A stretch of 64,000 nt of DNA from assembly GCA_050575255.1 (NCBI GenBank), contig JBNZDD010013730.1, positions 2,559,907-2,623,906 of the forward strand. Direction: 5' to 3'. The notes beneath the pieces are model-generated. The model made no database searches, was not told the origin of the DNA, and saw nothing but the letters and a program-made list of their open reading frames with translations. Both the position numbers and the translations under genes were made by a program. Below, piece by piece: positions 1-11,700 of this stretch. Every line of letters begins with the position of its first letter. The stretch's first letter is position 1. Source of the DNA: Harriotta raleighana (lineage: Eukaryota).

Positions 1-229
1 GTTGTTCGAATCTGGAATGCATTGCCTGAAAAGGTGGTGGAGGCTGATTCGATAACAACTTTTAAAAGGGAATTAGATCTTTATTTAGGGAGAACAGGTC
101 TATTAGGCTATGGGGAGCGAGCAGGGCAGTGGGATTAAATCGCTCTTTTCAAAGAGCCGGCACAGACTAGATGGGCCGAATGGCCTCCTTTTGTGCCGTA
201 AACTTCTATGAATCTATGAATCTATGAAT
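1..229 (+). mobile_element. CR1-type LINE 3' end
   Basis: Typical CR1 3' terminus (TGGAATGCATTGCCTGAAAAGGTGGTGGAGGC...GATGGGCCGAATGGCCTCCT) ending in tandem TCTATGAA repeats; recognised from family knowledge. Confidence 0.8.
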
Positions 230-1859
230 CCTTACAGTAAATCCTGTGAAAAACTTTGAGATGGCCTCCCAAAATGCACAATATCAGATGCAAATATTTA
301 CTATTATACTAGTCTGTTTACCTTTCGTCCAGTTCCCACCATCAATTTTGTGCTGCAGAGCAACCTATTTTGAACCTGATTTTCATTGGCTCCAAAGTGA
401 CAGCAAATGAAAGCCACTGGACTCCGTGAATGGTCAATCTATTAGGTCAAGCACTTGACATTATCAGTCAGGAGTTGGGTCCTGTAAAGGTCCTCTTTCC
501 AACGGCTCCTAGGAAACAATTATTAGAGTCACCTGGGAGTGTTGAAAGAGGGGCAATATTTCATGAGAGAGGACTGTACAGTAATTGCTTTTACTTTTTA
601 GTGGTATTTTCTCCTCTTCTCCCATCGGAGAGGCCAGGTGAATTTACTACCACCATTGCCTCCAGTAGTGTCACAAGCGACCACTGGGAGGCGCACCAGA
701 CTGTCCCCGCTGATTGCACTTCCCTTCCATCTATTTATCTTGTGGTAACGTTGCTGGAGTGAACAACTCAACAGTGAGAGCACTGAAAGAGACAAATCGA
801 AGACTATTCAATGGTATTGCTGGCATGACAAACTCTTACGAACCCGTCATTGGGCATTTGCTTAAAAAAATGCATGTGGACTACAAACTTGTTTTTGGTA
901 AAATCAGTGGTGGTAGCAATAATAATAATAATTGCATTTGGTACAGTGCCTTTTTACATCTTTGAGATGTCTCAAAAGTGCTTTGCAATGTCTCAAAAGT
1001 GCTTTGCAGAATGTATACCACAATGTGAAGTGACAGTATTTTGTGGTAGGTAAGTCAGAAAAAGTTTATCCTCCACTGGAAACAACAAACAATTAATTTT
1101 GAAAATTGATAACCACAATCCCACTAATCTCAGCTAGAAATCAACGAATTCCATAGTGCGAGTCAGAAATTAATGTGGAAAGGACGATTTATTGAATCGC
1201 ATTGAAGCACGTTGCTTAGGTATTGGGATGCTTTTTTAAAAAAAGAAACGATGCTCGCATTTGATATAGCGCCTTATCGCATCTTTAAGACGCTTCGCAA
1301 AATATACAGTAAAATGAATTGAATGTATTTTTTTTTGGGGGGTGGGGGGGGGGGTTGGAGGGGCTGGGACAGAGGAGCTCTAGCAAGTCCCATCAACACT
1401 GCTACTGGATGAAGCCTTGCAACATTGGTGCGCAATTTGTCTGCCGCGTTTCGCCCACAAATATACAGTCAATTTTCATACTCTCCTTCCTCCTACCCCC
1501 TGCTCTGGTCCCCACCTGAATGTTCAGCGCCTGGGGACGTCCTCCCGACGTGAAAGGCGCTATATAAATGCAATTTTGATGGATTGAGTGAGTGAGTGAG
1601 TGAGTGAGTGGTTGATTGATCTCACCTCTGCCTGCCTTGCCTGTCTATCTATCTGTCTTATCTATCTGCGACAGTATTTTGTCCTTCCTGTGTGGTGTGG
1701 TGTGTCTGTCTGCCTGAAACAGATTGCAGAAAGAGGGAAGGTTTGGGGTGGGCGGGGAGAGTGGTGGGGGTGGGGGTGGGGGAGAGAGAGAGAGAGAGAG
1801 AGGGAGGGAGAGAGAGAGAGAGAGAGACCCTCACCACCACCATCATCATCATCACCAAC

Positions 1860-4400
1860 AACATCTCAGCCAATGGGCTGCCGGGGCTGGCAGTCACGTG
1901 CCGCTGAGAGGCCACTGGAAGCTTGAGAGAGTGAAGCCTTCTCCTCAGACTGGAGGAGCTGCGCTTCACTAACCGGCATTCATCTCGGCCGCTGTACACA
2001 TATCTATCTATATCTATATCTATATACACATATATTTTTTAAAAAGTGTTTTTTTTTAAAAAATGTGTTCAAAAAAACATATATCTANTAACCGGCATTC
2101 ATCTCGGCCGCTGTACACATATCTATCTATATCTATATACACATATATATTTTTTTTAAAGTGTTTTTTTTTTAAAAATGTGTTCAAAAAAACATATATA
2201 TATCTATATATATATAAAAAGTAGATAGATCAACCTTACCGTCTTAAAACACACGCCTGAGAAACCTCACCATGCGAAAAAACAACCCAAAGAGCAATCA
2301 CACTGCTGGAGTAGCAGTAGTAGTAGCAGTACTGGAGTAGTAGGAGGAGGAGAACGAAGACGACGGTGTGTATGTGTGGAAAGTAAGTTGGAAGCTTCTC
2401 TTTTTTATTTCTCTTTCCAAAAAAAAACCACAAAAAAAAACCGCGTTAACTTAAAAGAGAACCAGCGCGTTTGTTTGTTTACCTGTCAAACCTCCCAACA
2501 AAACATAAAAAATTACAAACAACAAAAAAAAAGGAAGGAAACTTCAGAGGTTGTACAACTTTGTTGGGAGGGGGGGGGGGGTAGAGGAGAAAGAGTTAAA
2601 ACAAGGCTGTTGTGAGGAGTGGGTGGGGTCGGAGAGAGGTAGAGACAGACTTGGAGGTGCGGTTGATGCTAGCGACTTGCTCGGCTTTTCCCCCCGCTTG
2701 CACACTGCACTGCACTCGCGCGCTGCAGAGTGACCGTTACTCGGGGTGAGTGGAGGGGGAGGGGGGTCGCGAGCAGGCGGGAAGGCGGCACGAGCGGTCA
2801 GTGTGTGTGTGTGGGTGGGGGGGGGAGAGAGGGAGAGCTCTCGTGGTAAGGAGCACCCTGTGTCGCTGTGTGTGTGTGTGTGGTGGGGGGGTGTCTCGAG
2901 CGACCTGTGCGCGCGTGTGTGTGTGTGTGAGGGTGTCAAGAGCGACGAGTGTGTGTGTGTGTGTGCGGGGGTGTCTCGAGCGACCTGTGCGTGAGTGTGT
3001 GAGGGCTCGAGCGAACGACCTGTGTGTGTGTCGAGCGACCTGCGTGTGTGTGTGAGGGTGTCTCGAGCGACCTGTGTGTGTGTGAGGGTGTCTCGAGCGA
3101 CCTGTGTGTGTGTGTGTGTGTGGGGGGGGGGGGCTCGAGCGACCTGTATGTGCATGTGAGGGTGTCTCGAGCGACCTGTGTGTGGGGGGGGGGGGTCTCG
3201 AGCGACCTGTGNNNNNNNNNNNNNNNNNNNNNNNNNNNNNNNNNNNNNNNNNNNNNNNNNNNNNNNNNNNNNNNNNNNNNNNNNNNNNNNNNNNNNNNNN
3301 NNNNNNNNNNNNNNNNNNNNNNNNNNNNNNNNNNNNNNNNNNNNNNNNNNNNNNNNNNNNNNNNNNNNNNNNNNNNNNNNNNNNNNNNNNNNNNNNNNNN
3401 NNNNNNNNNNNNNNNNNNNNNNNNNNNNNNNNNNNNNNNNNNNNNNNNNNNNNNNNNNNNNNNNNNNNNNNNNNNNNNNNNNNNNNNNNNNNNNNNNNNN
3501 NNNNNNNNNNNNNNNNNNNNNNNNNNNNNNNNNNNNNNNNNNNNNNNNNNNNNNNNNNNNNNNNNNNNNNNNNNNNNNNNNNNNNNNNNNNNNNNNNNNN
3601 NNNNNNNNNNNNNNNNNNNNNNNNNNNNNNNNNGGGGGGGCTCGAGCGACCTGTGTGTGTGTGTGTGTGGGGGGGGGGGCTCGAGCGACCTGTGTGTGTG
3701 TGTGTGGGGGGGGGGGGCTCGAGCGACCTGTGAGTGTGTGCGCGCGTCTCACGCTGGAGCTGCTCTTTAAANTTCTGATGGATAAAGCCATTTGTTTCAC
3801 TTACAAATATAGGGTCAAATTTTTCCTACTTTCATCCCCCCTCCCCCCCCCCCCCCCCCTCTCTCTTTTGGACCCAACGTCCGCTCGTGGGCTTCATGCT
3901 GTCTGTCTCTGCCTGAGGTGAGCTGTTGTGTGTTGGCTTGACATCCTCTTCCTCATCCTCCCCCCACCGCACCACCCCCATTTGCCCTTTTGAAATCTCC
4001 CTCCCCCACCACCACCTTCTCTCCCGTTAATTCAAACGCTTGCCAGCTTTTATTTTAATCGGCCAAAAAAAAAAGATTGTTTTTCTCTCCAAACAAGGGA
4101 AATGTAAGAGAAACTGGAAGGCGAGATAACAAGAAGGAGACGAGTAAGTCGGAGGGGGGTGGAGAAAGGAAGCGTTCGTTATCAGCCACAGATCAGTTTT
4201 AGTACGGGGTGGTGGGTGGATGGGCTGTGTTTTTTTTGAAAACACACACGCACATACACACACACACACACACACCCCACAATCTTGAGTCTGCACTGCT
4301 TCAGCTCGACAGGTTTTTGTTTGGGCCCCCGACGCACGCAATTCGGTTTGGTAAACGGTAGAAAATCTGTAACGTGTTAAATCTTAAATCCCACGCCTTT
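1860..4400 (+). promoter_or_regulatory. CpG-rich promoter / 5' non-coding exon region of ARHGAP29
   Basis: Higher GC and CpG than flanks; CCAAT (~1870) and CACGTG (~1895); several consensus donors (GTAAGT 2383, GTGAGT 2746, GTGAGC 3918, GTAAGT 4144) upstream of the first coding exon. Confidence 0.55.
2870..3735. repeat. GT-rich minisatellite with CTCGAGCGACCT core, spanning an assembly gap (N 3212-3633)
   Basis: More than a dozen visible copies of CTCGAGCGACCTGTGTG separated by (GT)n and G runs on both sides of the gap. Confidence 0.9.
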
Positions 4401-5101
4401 ACTTACTTATTTACTTACCCCCTCATCTCCCCCCCCACCACCCCATCCCCCAATCGACCGACTGTACTGTAGTTCGTTAAAAGTTGCTGCAGTTCAATCT
4501 GCAATTCTACTGAGGAAGGAACTACTTATTCATCGGTGGACAAGGCTCGTCAAAAGTGTTTTTAACTCTCTTCCCCCACCCCTGAAAAGGTTGCCCTTGC
4601 GATGTGGATCATTCACCACGAGTACAGTTCTCTGAATTTAAACTGGAAAATCATTTGCGACAGAAGTTATGGCTCCTGAAGTTTTTTTCTCTCTCTCTCT
4701 CTCTCTGCGTTATCTGTTTGGCAGAATACGGGCAAATGCTTTTCTTTTTTTTAATTGAAAAAAAATTAAGGCATTGTTTATTATTGCGACAGACTTTTTT
4801 TTCCCCCCCAAAAAAAAACCCCTCTCTTAAATCGTGATTCTTAACTTGGATTAATATCTGCAACGCTAGCTCAGTTATAATGGATGTGAAATTTGCCTTG
4901 TTGATGTGACGCCCATCCACGTTTTGAAGAGGGCGCCCAAGTGAACTTGGTGTCAACTTGTTTTCATGTTGCATATGTTGACATTTAATGATTTCCGTAA
5001 TTATGGTTTGATGATTCATTCGACAGTGATGCATTTTAGAGTGAAATTACAGGATTTGGGTTGACACTATATATACACACTGTGTATATACATACACTTT
5101 G

Positions 5102-5132
<31 letters not shown>

Positions 5133-5515
5133 TCCAAAAAATCGCACAATGTTACCCATCCTAAGCTTCTGGTAAATTCAGTAGTTGAAAATGAGTGAAT
5201 ATTGACCATTTAGGTATACAGTACTATACTTTCCAAATGGAGGAAGACTACAGCTTTTACAGGGAAGGAATATGAGATGTATGGTAGCAGCTGGGGGAAG
5301 AGAGGAGGATTTGATTCAAGCATTATTAAATGTTGAGAACAATAAAGCTTTTTAATACTCTTAAAGTTAAATTGTTGACACAAATGAATGATGCTAACTA
5401 AATCATGTTTTTTTTTAGGATTTGATGAACTTTTCATAAGTTTGAACTTTCAGATGGTCTTTTAGCCAAATCTACGAGTTGCCCAGAGGATTTCACAAGC
5501 AGCACAGCAGTTGGG

Positions 5516-5777
5516 ATGTTGCGACAGAACGCCGGAAGCAATAAACGCGGTTTGGGCATTACCCGTTTCTCTAGTTCGAATTTCTTCGCCTTGCCCAGTT
5601 CGGGAAACAGGAGCATGGGTCGAAGTGCCAAAAGTGGCTCTGTCAGCAGCATCACCTCCCATTCAGATTGTTATGACAGCCCAATGGTGGATCCAGAACA
5701 CATTATGCAGTTGGTGAATGATGTCAGGAAGTTTTCAGAAGTACTGGCAAATTTGAAAGAAGCCTTTCTTTCAGAAG
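5516..5777 (+). CDS. ARHGAP29: ARHGAP29 coding exon 1 (MLRQNAG...HIMQLVNDVRKFSEVL)
   Basis: ATG 5516; motif IMQLVNDVRKF; donor GT at 5778, phase 1. Confidence 0.85.
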
Positions 5778-8700
5778 GTGTGTTATTTACTTTGTGCTTA
5801 TCCTTCAATTTCCTTAGGATTAACTAGATTTGGCAATGCAAAATGCACGCAGTCATAACTGTAACATATTTGTCCATGCTTTGATTCTACCAAAACCCCA
5901 AATAGGGATTAGTGTTAGTTACATTTGTTTAGTTTTTTTTTGATGGGAGGAGGAACCTTTTACTTCTTATCAAGAATCACCAGACATAAGATAGATCAGA
6001 AAAAAGAATTAGAAATGTATTTTCTCCACAAGCCTGATAATAATCCCTCAGGAAAAAATAATGAATTGGTCACTTCAATTCCAAGACTGTTGGGGGGACA
6101 CTGCTGTGTGCAATTGGCTGGCAAATTTCACCCATAAATAGTCAATTTAATTTACAGTATATCTGTGAAGCGCTTTGAGACGTATAGAATATGTGGAAAA
6201 ACAATATATTGAATGCAAGGATTATTATTAATAGATATGTGAGAGTGAGCTATAAAGATGTTATTAAATTGAGGGGTTGAAATGATATCTGGACCATGCG
6301 AAATTTGATGAACCCTGATAATTCAATGCTTCAATCCTGTGAAATTCACCTAGTTTGCATTGTGTTGTCAATTTTTTAAAAAATGCAGGTGTGGACAAAT
6401 GATTTTGTGTGTAGGAATACGGGAATAATAACTTATTTCTGTCAGGATTACATTTAGGAGACTGGAAGACCTGTAGAGATTAGTGAGGCACATTTGTCTA
6501 ACATTTCTAACATTTGTCAGCTCATCCACAACAAGAAAAATGTTTTCAAATGCCACTGATAACAAACAAATATATTTCCGATTACTGGAGGAGACCTTAA
6601 AATAGTTTGATGTTAAACCCATCCTCACCTTTATGGGGGGGGCAGTTGGGGCAGGCGCAAATATATTTAAATCAAAAGGACAATTTAAATCAATAGTTGG
6701 TTTAGCATTCACTCAGACAGCTTCATTCTTTTTAAACTCTTCTAGCCATTTTTAGACAGAAATTTAATTTAGTTTAGTTTTACAGTACTAAGTTATCAGC
6801 CAATGATAGAATGCTTGTGATAATCTTAAGTGAGCTTTTCCGCAGTACCACGATAAATCAATTTTGTCTTGGGTCCAGCAGGGGGTGCTTGTAACCTGGT
6901 TGGAAGGGTAGTAATAATTTCCTTTTTCATAAGTGGCAAAGAGTATGAAATGTTGATTGAAATATTAATGGCATTTAGAAAATTCACCTTCCATTTCATC
7001 TTCCATTTCTGATTGTTTCATAAAGGATTTTAAATGCTTAAAGGCAATTTGCTAAAGATTAAAGAACTTTCATTGTTACTACATTAAGTCAACAAAATCT
7101 TAATGTCCTGCATTTTTAAAGATACATAGAACTAATCAGAAAAAAGTGGGAGGATGATCTGAAACATTCGTGGAGTCCTGTAGCTCATTGGTTAGAGCAC
7201 TCGCTTTACAAGCGAGACCCGAGTTTGAATCCCAGTGGGGTGAACCCCTGGGCAAGTATCCTTACTCCACATTCCTGATAATAATCCGTTAAAAAATAAA
7301 AAAGTGGTTGTTTCCGTGGGACTCTGCTGTGTGCAATCGGCTGGTGCATTTCGCCCATAGTCAATTCATTTTACAGTACATTCTGTGCAGGGCTTTTAGA
7401 TATGAAAACCGCTATATCTTTGGGATTACTATTATTCTTGTTTGTTTCCTAGAGCAATAAAAATCCTGTGCAGTCTTAGATCTGGTAAAATTGTTTAATC
7501 AGTTTGTAAGAATAATGTAATTCAAGGATGGTGGAGTTATGAATTCACTAATTATATTTATAATAATAATCCCTTTTGATATAGCACCTTTCATGTCGGG
7601 AGGGTGTCCCAAAGTGCTTCACATGATTTACTGTGAAGTGACGGTATTGAGCATTATCTCAATTGACCTGTACTTGGGAGAAACTTCTTTCTCTTTTTGA
7701 AAAGAGCCACAATTCTTTAATCTCCACCTGAACAGGAAGCTGGGACCTCGGTTTAACATCTCATTTGAAGGGCAACTCTTCCAGCAATGCAACATACCCG
7801 CAGCACTGCATTGGAGTCTCATTTTAGAATATAGGAATCCAGGTTTCGATATGGGTCATGAACCCACATTCTTCTGATTTGAAGGGAGGGTGTTACTACT
7901 AAGCCAGGTTGGCGCAGTGTTTTAGGTTTGAATTAATACTTCCATGTAAATTGAGTACTTTGTACTGTTTGGGTGCAGTGGTGTTTTCACCTTTTTCACA
8001 AGTATATTTGTCTTTTTCTTCAAAAAGAACGTCTTGCCCATCACCACTTACTAGAAGTGTAGAAATGGGTGAGGAGAAATGTGTGTGTGTGATGCCACCA
8101 ATGGTAGCCTACTAATGCTTATTGTCTAGATTAATTTGTGATGCGTGGTAACTTGGTGAGGTACTGAAAGACGGTTTATACCTGTAAGATCACTGGACAA
8201 CATGAGCGTCCTCAGTGAAAATTGTGTGGGGTTATTTTGAACGTGTTTCTGACAATGTGAACACAGCAATATCGCACAGTGAATGATCATTTTTGTTTGG
8301 GGATTGTTTGCCAAAATACCAGGAGAAACTTTCCTTTCAAATAATGCCATGGGATCTTTAACGAAGTGGAAGGTAGAACCTTTGTTTAAAATCTCATCTA
8401 AATGAGGGCACACCCAGCACTGCTCTGGAGTGTCAGCCTAGAATATGATTTTAAAAGCCGATGTTGAGTTTAAATCCATCACTTTTGGTCTCCAAAGATA
8501 AGAGTGTTATCAACTAAGCCAGGCTGACAACATTTTTTAAAAATCCACGGTTTTAAGATTTTATTTTCTGAAGTCGGTAAAGCTGAACTCTGGTAAAACT
8601 TGATATAGTCAACAGGCTTCATTTTAATATACTCTTATCGGAGACATTATAAGATCTTACAATAAATAATCCTTGCATTTGCTTTACTGTTGTTGCATGT

Positions 8701-11700
8701 TTCATGTCAAGAGGGTGTCAAAATTGCTTCACAGTATTTTAGTTACTGGTTGCAGGCAAATGCAGCAGCCAATTTATGTGAACCAAAATGACCCACAAAC
8801 AACCATAAAGTGAATGGCTATATGGAGTACATCTAGATCAACGAAGATGTTTTGCTTATTAGTGTTCCAATTCTTTCTAATTGGTATTTGTCACCGCTGT
8901 CATTCATCCTGGTATTGAAGACATTATTAGTTATTGCAATGCATGTATGCCAATGTTGTCGCCTTCTGTAATGATACGTTTGGGAAATTGACTCTTTAAT
9001 GTGTGTGTTTGTCCTATTTTTAATGGAAATAGCATTTTGGAAGTTGTCATGACATTAATTACAAAGAAAAATCAGGCTAGATACTTTCCAGCTACTCTGT
9101 TTGCTGCAGCTGAAACTGTTTTCATGCATTGTAGATGATCAAGGAAAATGATTTTTCACCCGTAGAAGCTGTCCATTGTCAGAATGGAAACACATTAATT
9201 CTAGACTGGAGAAATCGCACACAAAAAGTCTTGAGCAGACAACACTTACAAAGACTGAAATTTTAAAGAGCCCTGCCCATCAAACTGGGTTTTTAAACCC
9301 ATCCTCTTCTCAAAATCCAGCCTCAATTTATCTTTTAAACCTTTCAGCTTGTGAACTTCAATTTATGGACCTATTAAAATCCTATTTTTCAGGTCTTGCA
9401 GCCAACAGACCAGTGTTGGCAAATGCCCTTTAACAATGACGAGGTTTCTTAGTCAAACAGCCTTTCTTGTGTGAGAATAAAGTGTGTTTTACTTAGTAAT
9501 TCCTGTTGCTTTTTCACATGGAAATGGACATCCTCCTTTTGTATGCAGCTGTGAAAGAATGCCATGAGACTAAGTGATGATCCTATCGTTGGATACATAT
9601 TCAGTATATCCTACTGTGGTGCAAGTTGCAAATTTGGGCTTGAAGTAATGCCAAAAATAACTTGGTAATAATATAACATTCTATTTTAAATATTTCCTTT
9701 GCAGCACAGTATTTGATTTTTCAGTAAGGCATGTGTTTTAAAATTCTGCTCTTGGTAAGAACCACTTAGCCAAGTCGGTTCAATGTTTAAGCTATGTATT
9801 ATACAACATACTATAAAGTTGCTGCAAGTAACGGTAGTTCTGCAGTACTGATCCTTTGATGCTGGAGATTCATTTTTTTAAAGATGTCTTGTAGAGAACA
9901 CCTGAATGATTTTCTAAAAAGGTTTTGTATAACTTACTTCATGCATGTGTAAAAACAGCATAGGATTGCTGTATTTAAACAGTTTTTTAAAATGCATTCT
10001 AGTACCATTTTAAAATCGAAACCTCTTTTGTGTGACAATTTTACACACAACTGATATTATGTGGCTCAGTATTGCAGTACTGTATTTGGATAAGGAATAA
10101 AGTTGTGTGATTCACAGTAGCTTTTGAATCCAGGTTGTAAAGATCTAAATGAAATTAGAAATAGCATAAATAATTAGAATTGCAACACCCAAAATAGCCA
10201 TATTTCATTTCTGGAAAGATTGTAACATGACATTCTCTAAAGCGCTGTTAGTGTTTTAAACTTAAAGTTGCATACATTACACCATGGGCACAGGTTGATT
10301 TTTGTTATTTGTGATGGATTTTGTGCCAACTCTCATATTTCACTTATTGAAACAAAGATTCTTCTTAATTAGAAAGCAACGGGTTACTTATTTATTAGCC
10401 ACTTTTGCTGACAACTGATGAAGACTGATTGAGAGAGTTACCATAGCATGACATGCAACTCCAGAGATCCTGTTGTGCTACTGGCAAACTTTTCCACAAA
10501 TACAGTAATGTGCTGAGTCAATATGCTTAATTATTGCCCAGTAGGGGTTTGAAGAGGGTGTAAATGAATAGCTGATAGAAAGCTGGTTTCTATCAAAAAT
10601 GTGAACATCTTATGACATTCATCTAGATCAGCCTTGCTATAAAAATAACCATAATATACTCAACTATGGAATAAAGCAAAATCTATATAATTTTTCAGGC
10701 AATGTGTGTGTACTGATGAATTGCCTTGGATTTTATGTTTGCCATGCAATACATCGATGCAAAAACATGATAAATGCATAAAAGTTCAGTTTTACTGATT
10801 TTGGTCAATTATGGGAGTAGCAAGAATATGTTATCTGATCATGAGGCATAAATAATAAAAAAATTGATAGGATCAAGTCTTTAACATCCATGTGAATGGG
10901 AAAGCAGGTGGTTTTTATCTCTTCTGAAGAATGACCCATCTCCAGGAATATAATGCTGTACTCCAATGTCAGCCCTGAATATGAGCTCAAACTTCTTACA
11001 TTTGCTTGAACCCCAAATCTACTAACCCAGAAGCCAGAGTGTACGACCCTGAGCCAAATGATCTATCAATAATGCTCAACTATAACCTTGTAAATGAATA
11101 ATTTAATGTAAAGGGTATTATGGCATGACATTCCATTCATGTGGAACATCTAAATGTCTTTCTAAAACCGACCGCTTGGTTGAATTAGCATTTTTTCTAA
11201 TATGTTTGTTTTAAAAATACTGAATAATACTCTCCCCACATTTAGGTTTGTACTTCCCAAATAATAACTTGACAACAGTCCATGTGTCACAATTTTGCAC
11301 AGATTGATCAAATTAAGATGCTTTGTGTTTGAGGGGAGGTGTGTGGCAGCTTCTTGGGACGTGAAAAGAGCTCTAAATGTAATTGTGTTGTTGTTGGCAA
11401 ATTCAGTATGTGAGGTAATGAACATGACCTTATTGTTATTCAATATGTTGTTCAAAAAAAACTGCAATCCAGAACAACATTCTTGCCTTTTCATTGTTTT
11501 TCCTACTTCCTGTAGAAAGTTAAATTTATCTTGCATTGCTGGCGTGTCGATAACATTTTTTTTGTTCAATTACCTTTAGTGAAGTTTAAATCATTTGTTT
11601 TCCTATGTGGGGGAAATGAGATTGATGTTTCGTATCTTCAAACAGTTTTGCTCATTTTATTTATGGCTATGTATAAAGAATTAATGCGAAAGCAGGTCTC

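Noticed and set aside
430-1053. Short overlapping plus-strand ORFs upstream of the ARHGAP29 promoter
   Set aside because: No recognisable protein motifs or consistent splice structure.
2870-3735. CRISPR-like alternation of a constant core and spacers
   Set aside because: Eukaryotic context, 12-bp core, spacers are simple (GT)n/G runs, no cas genes.
2544-3921. Long ORFs on both strands
   Set aside because: Products of the GT-rich minisatellite and the N gap; low-complexity translations.
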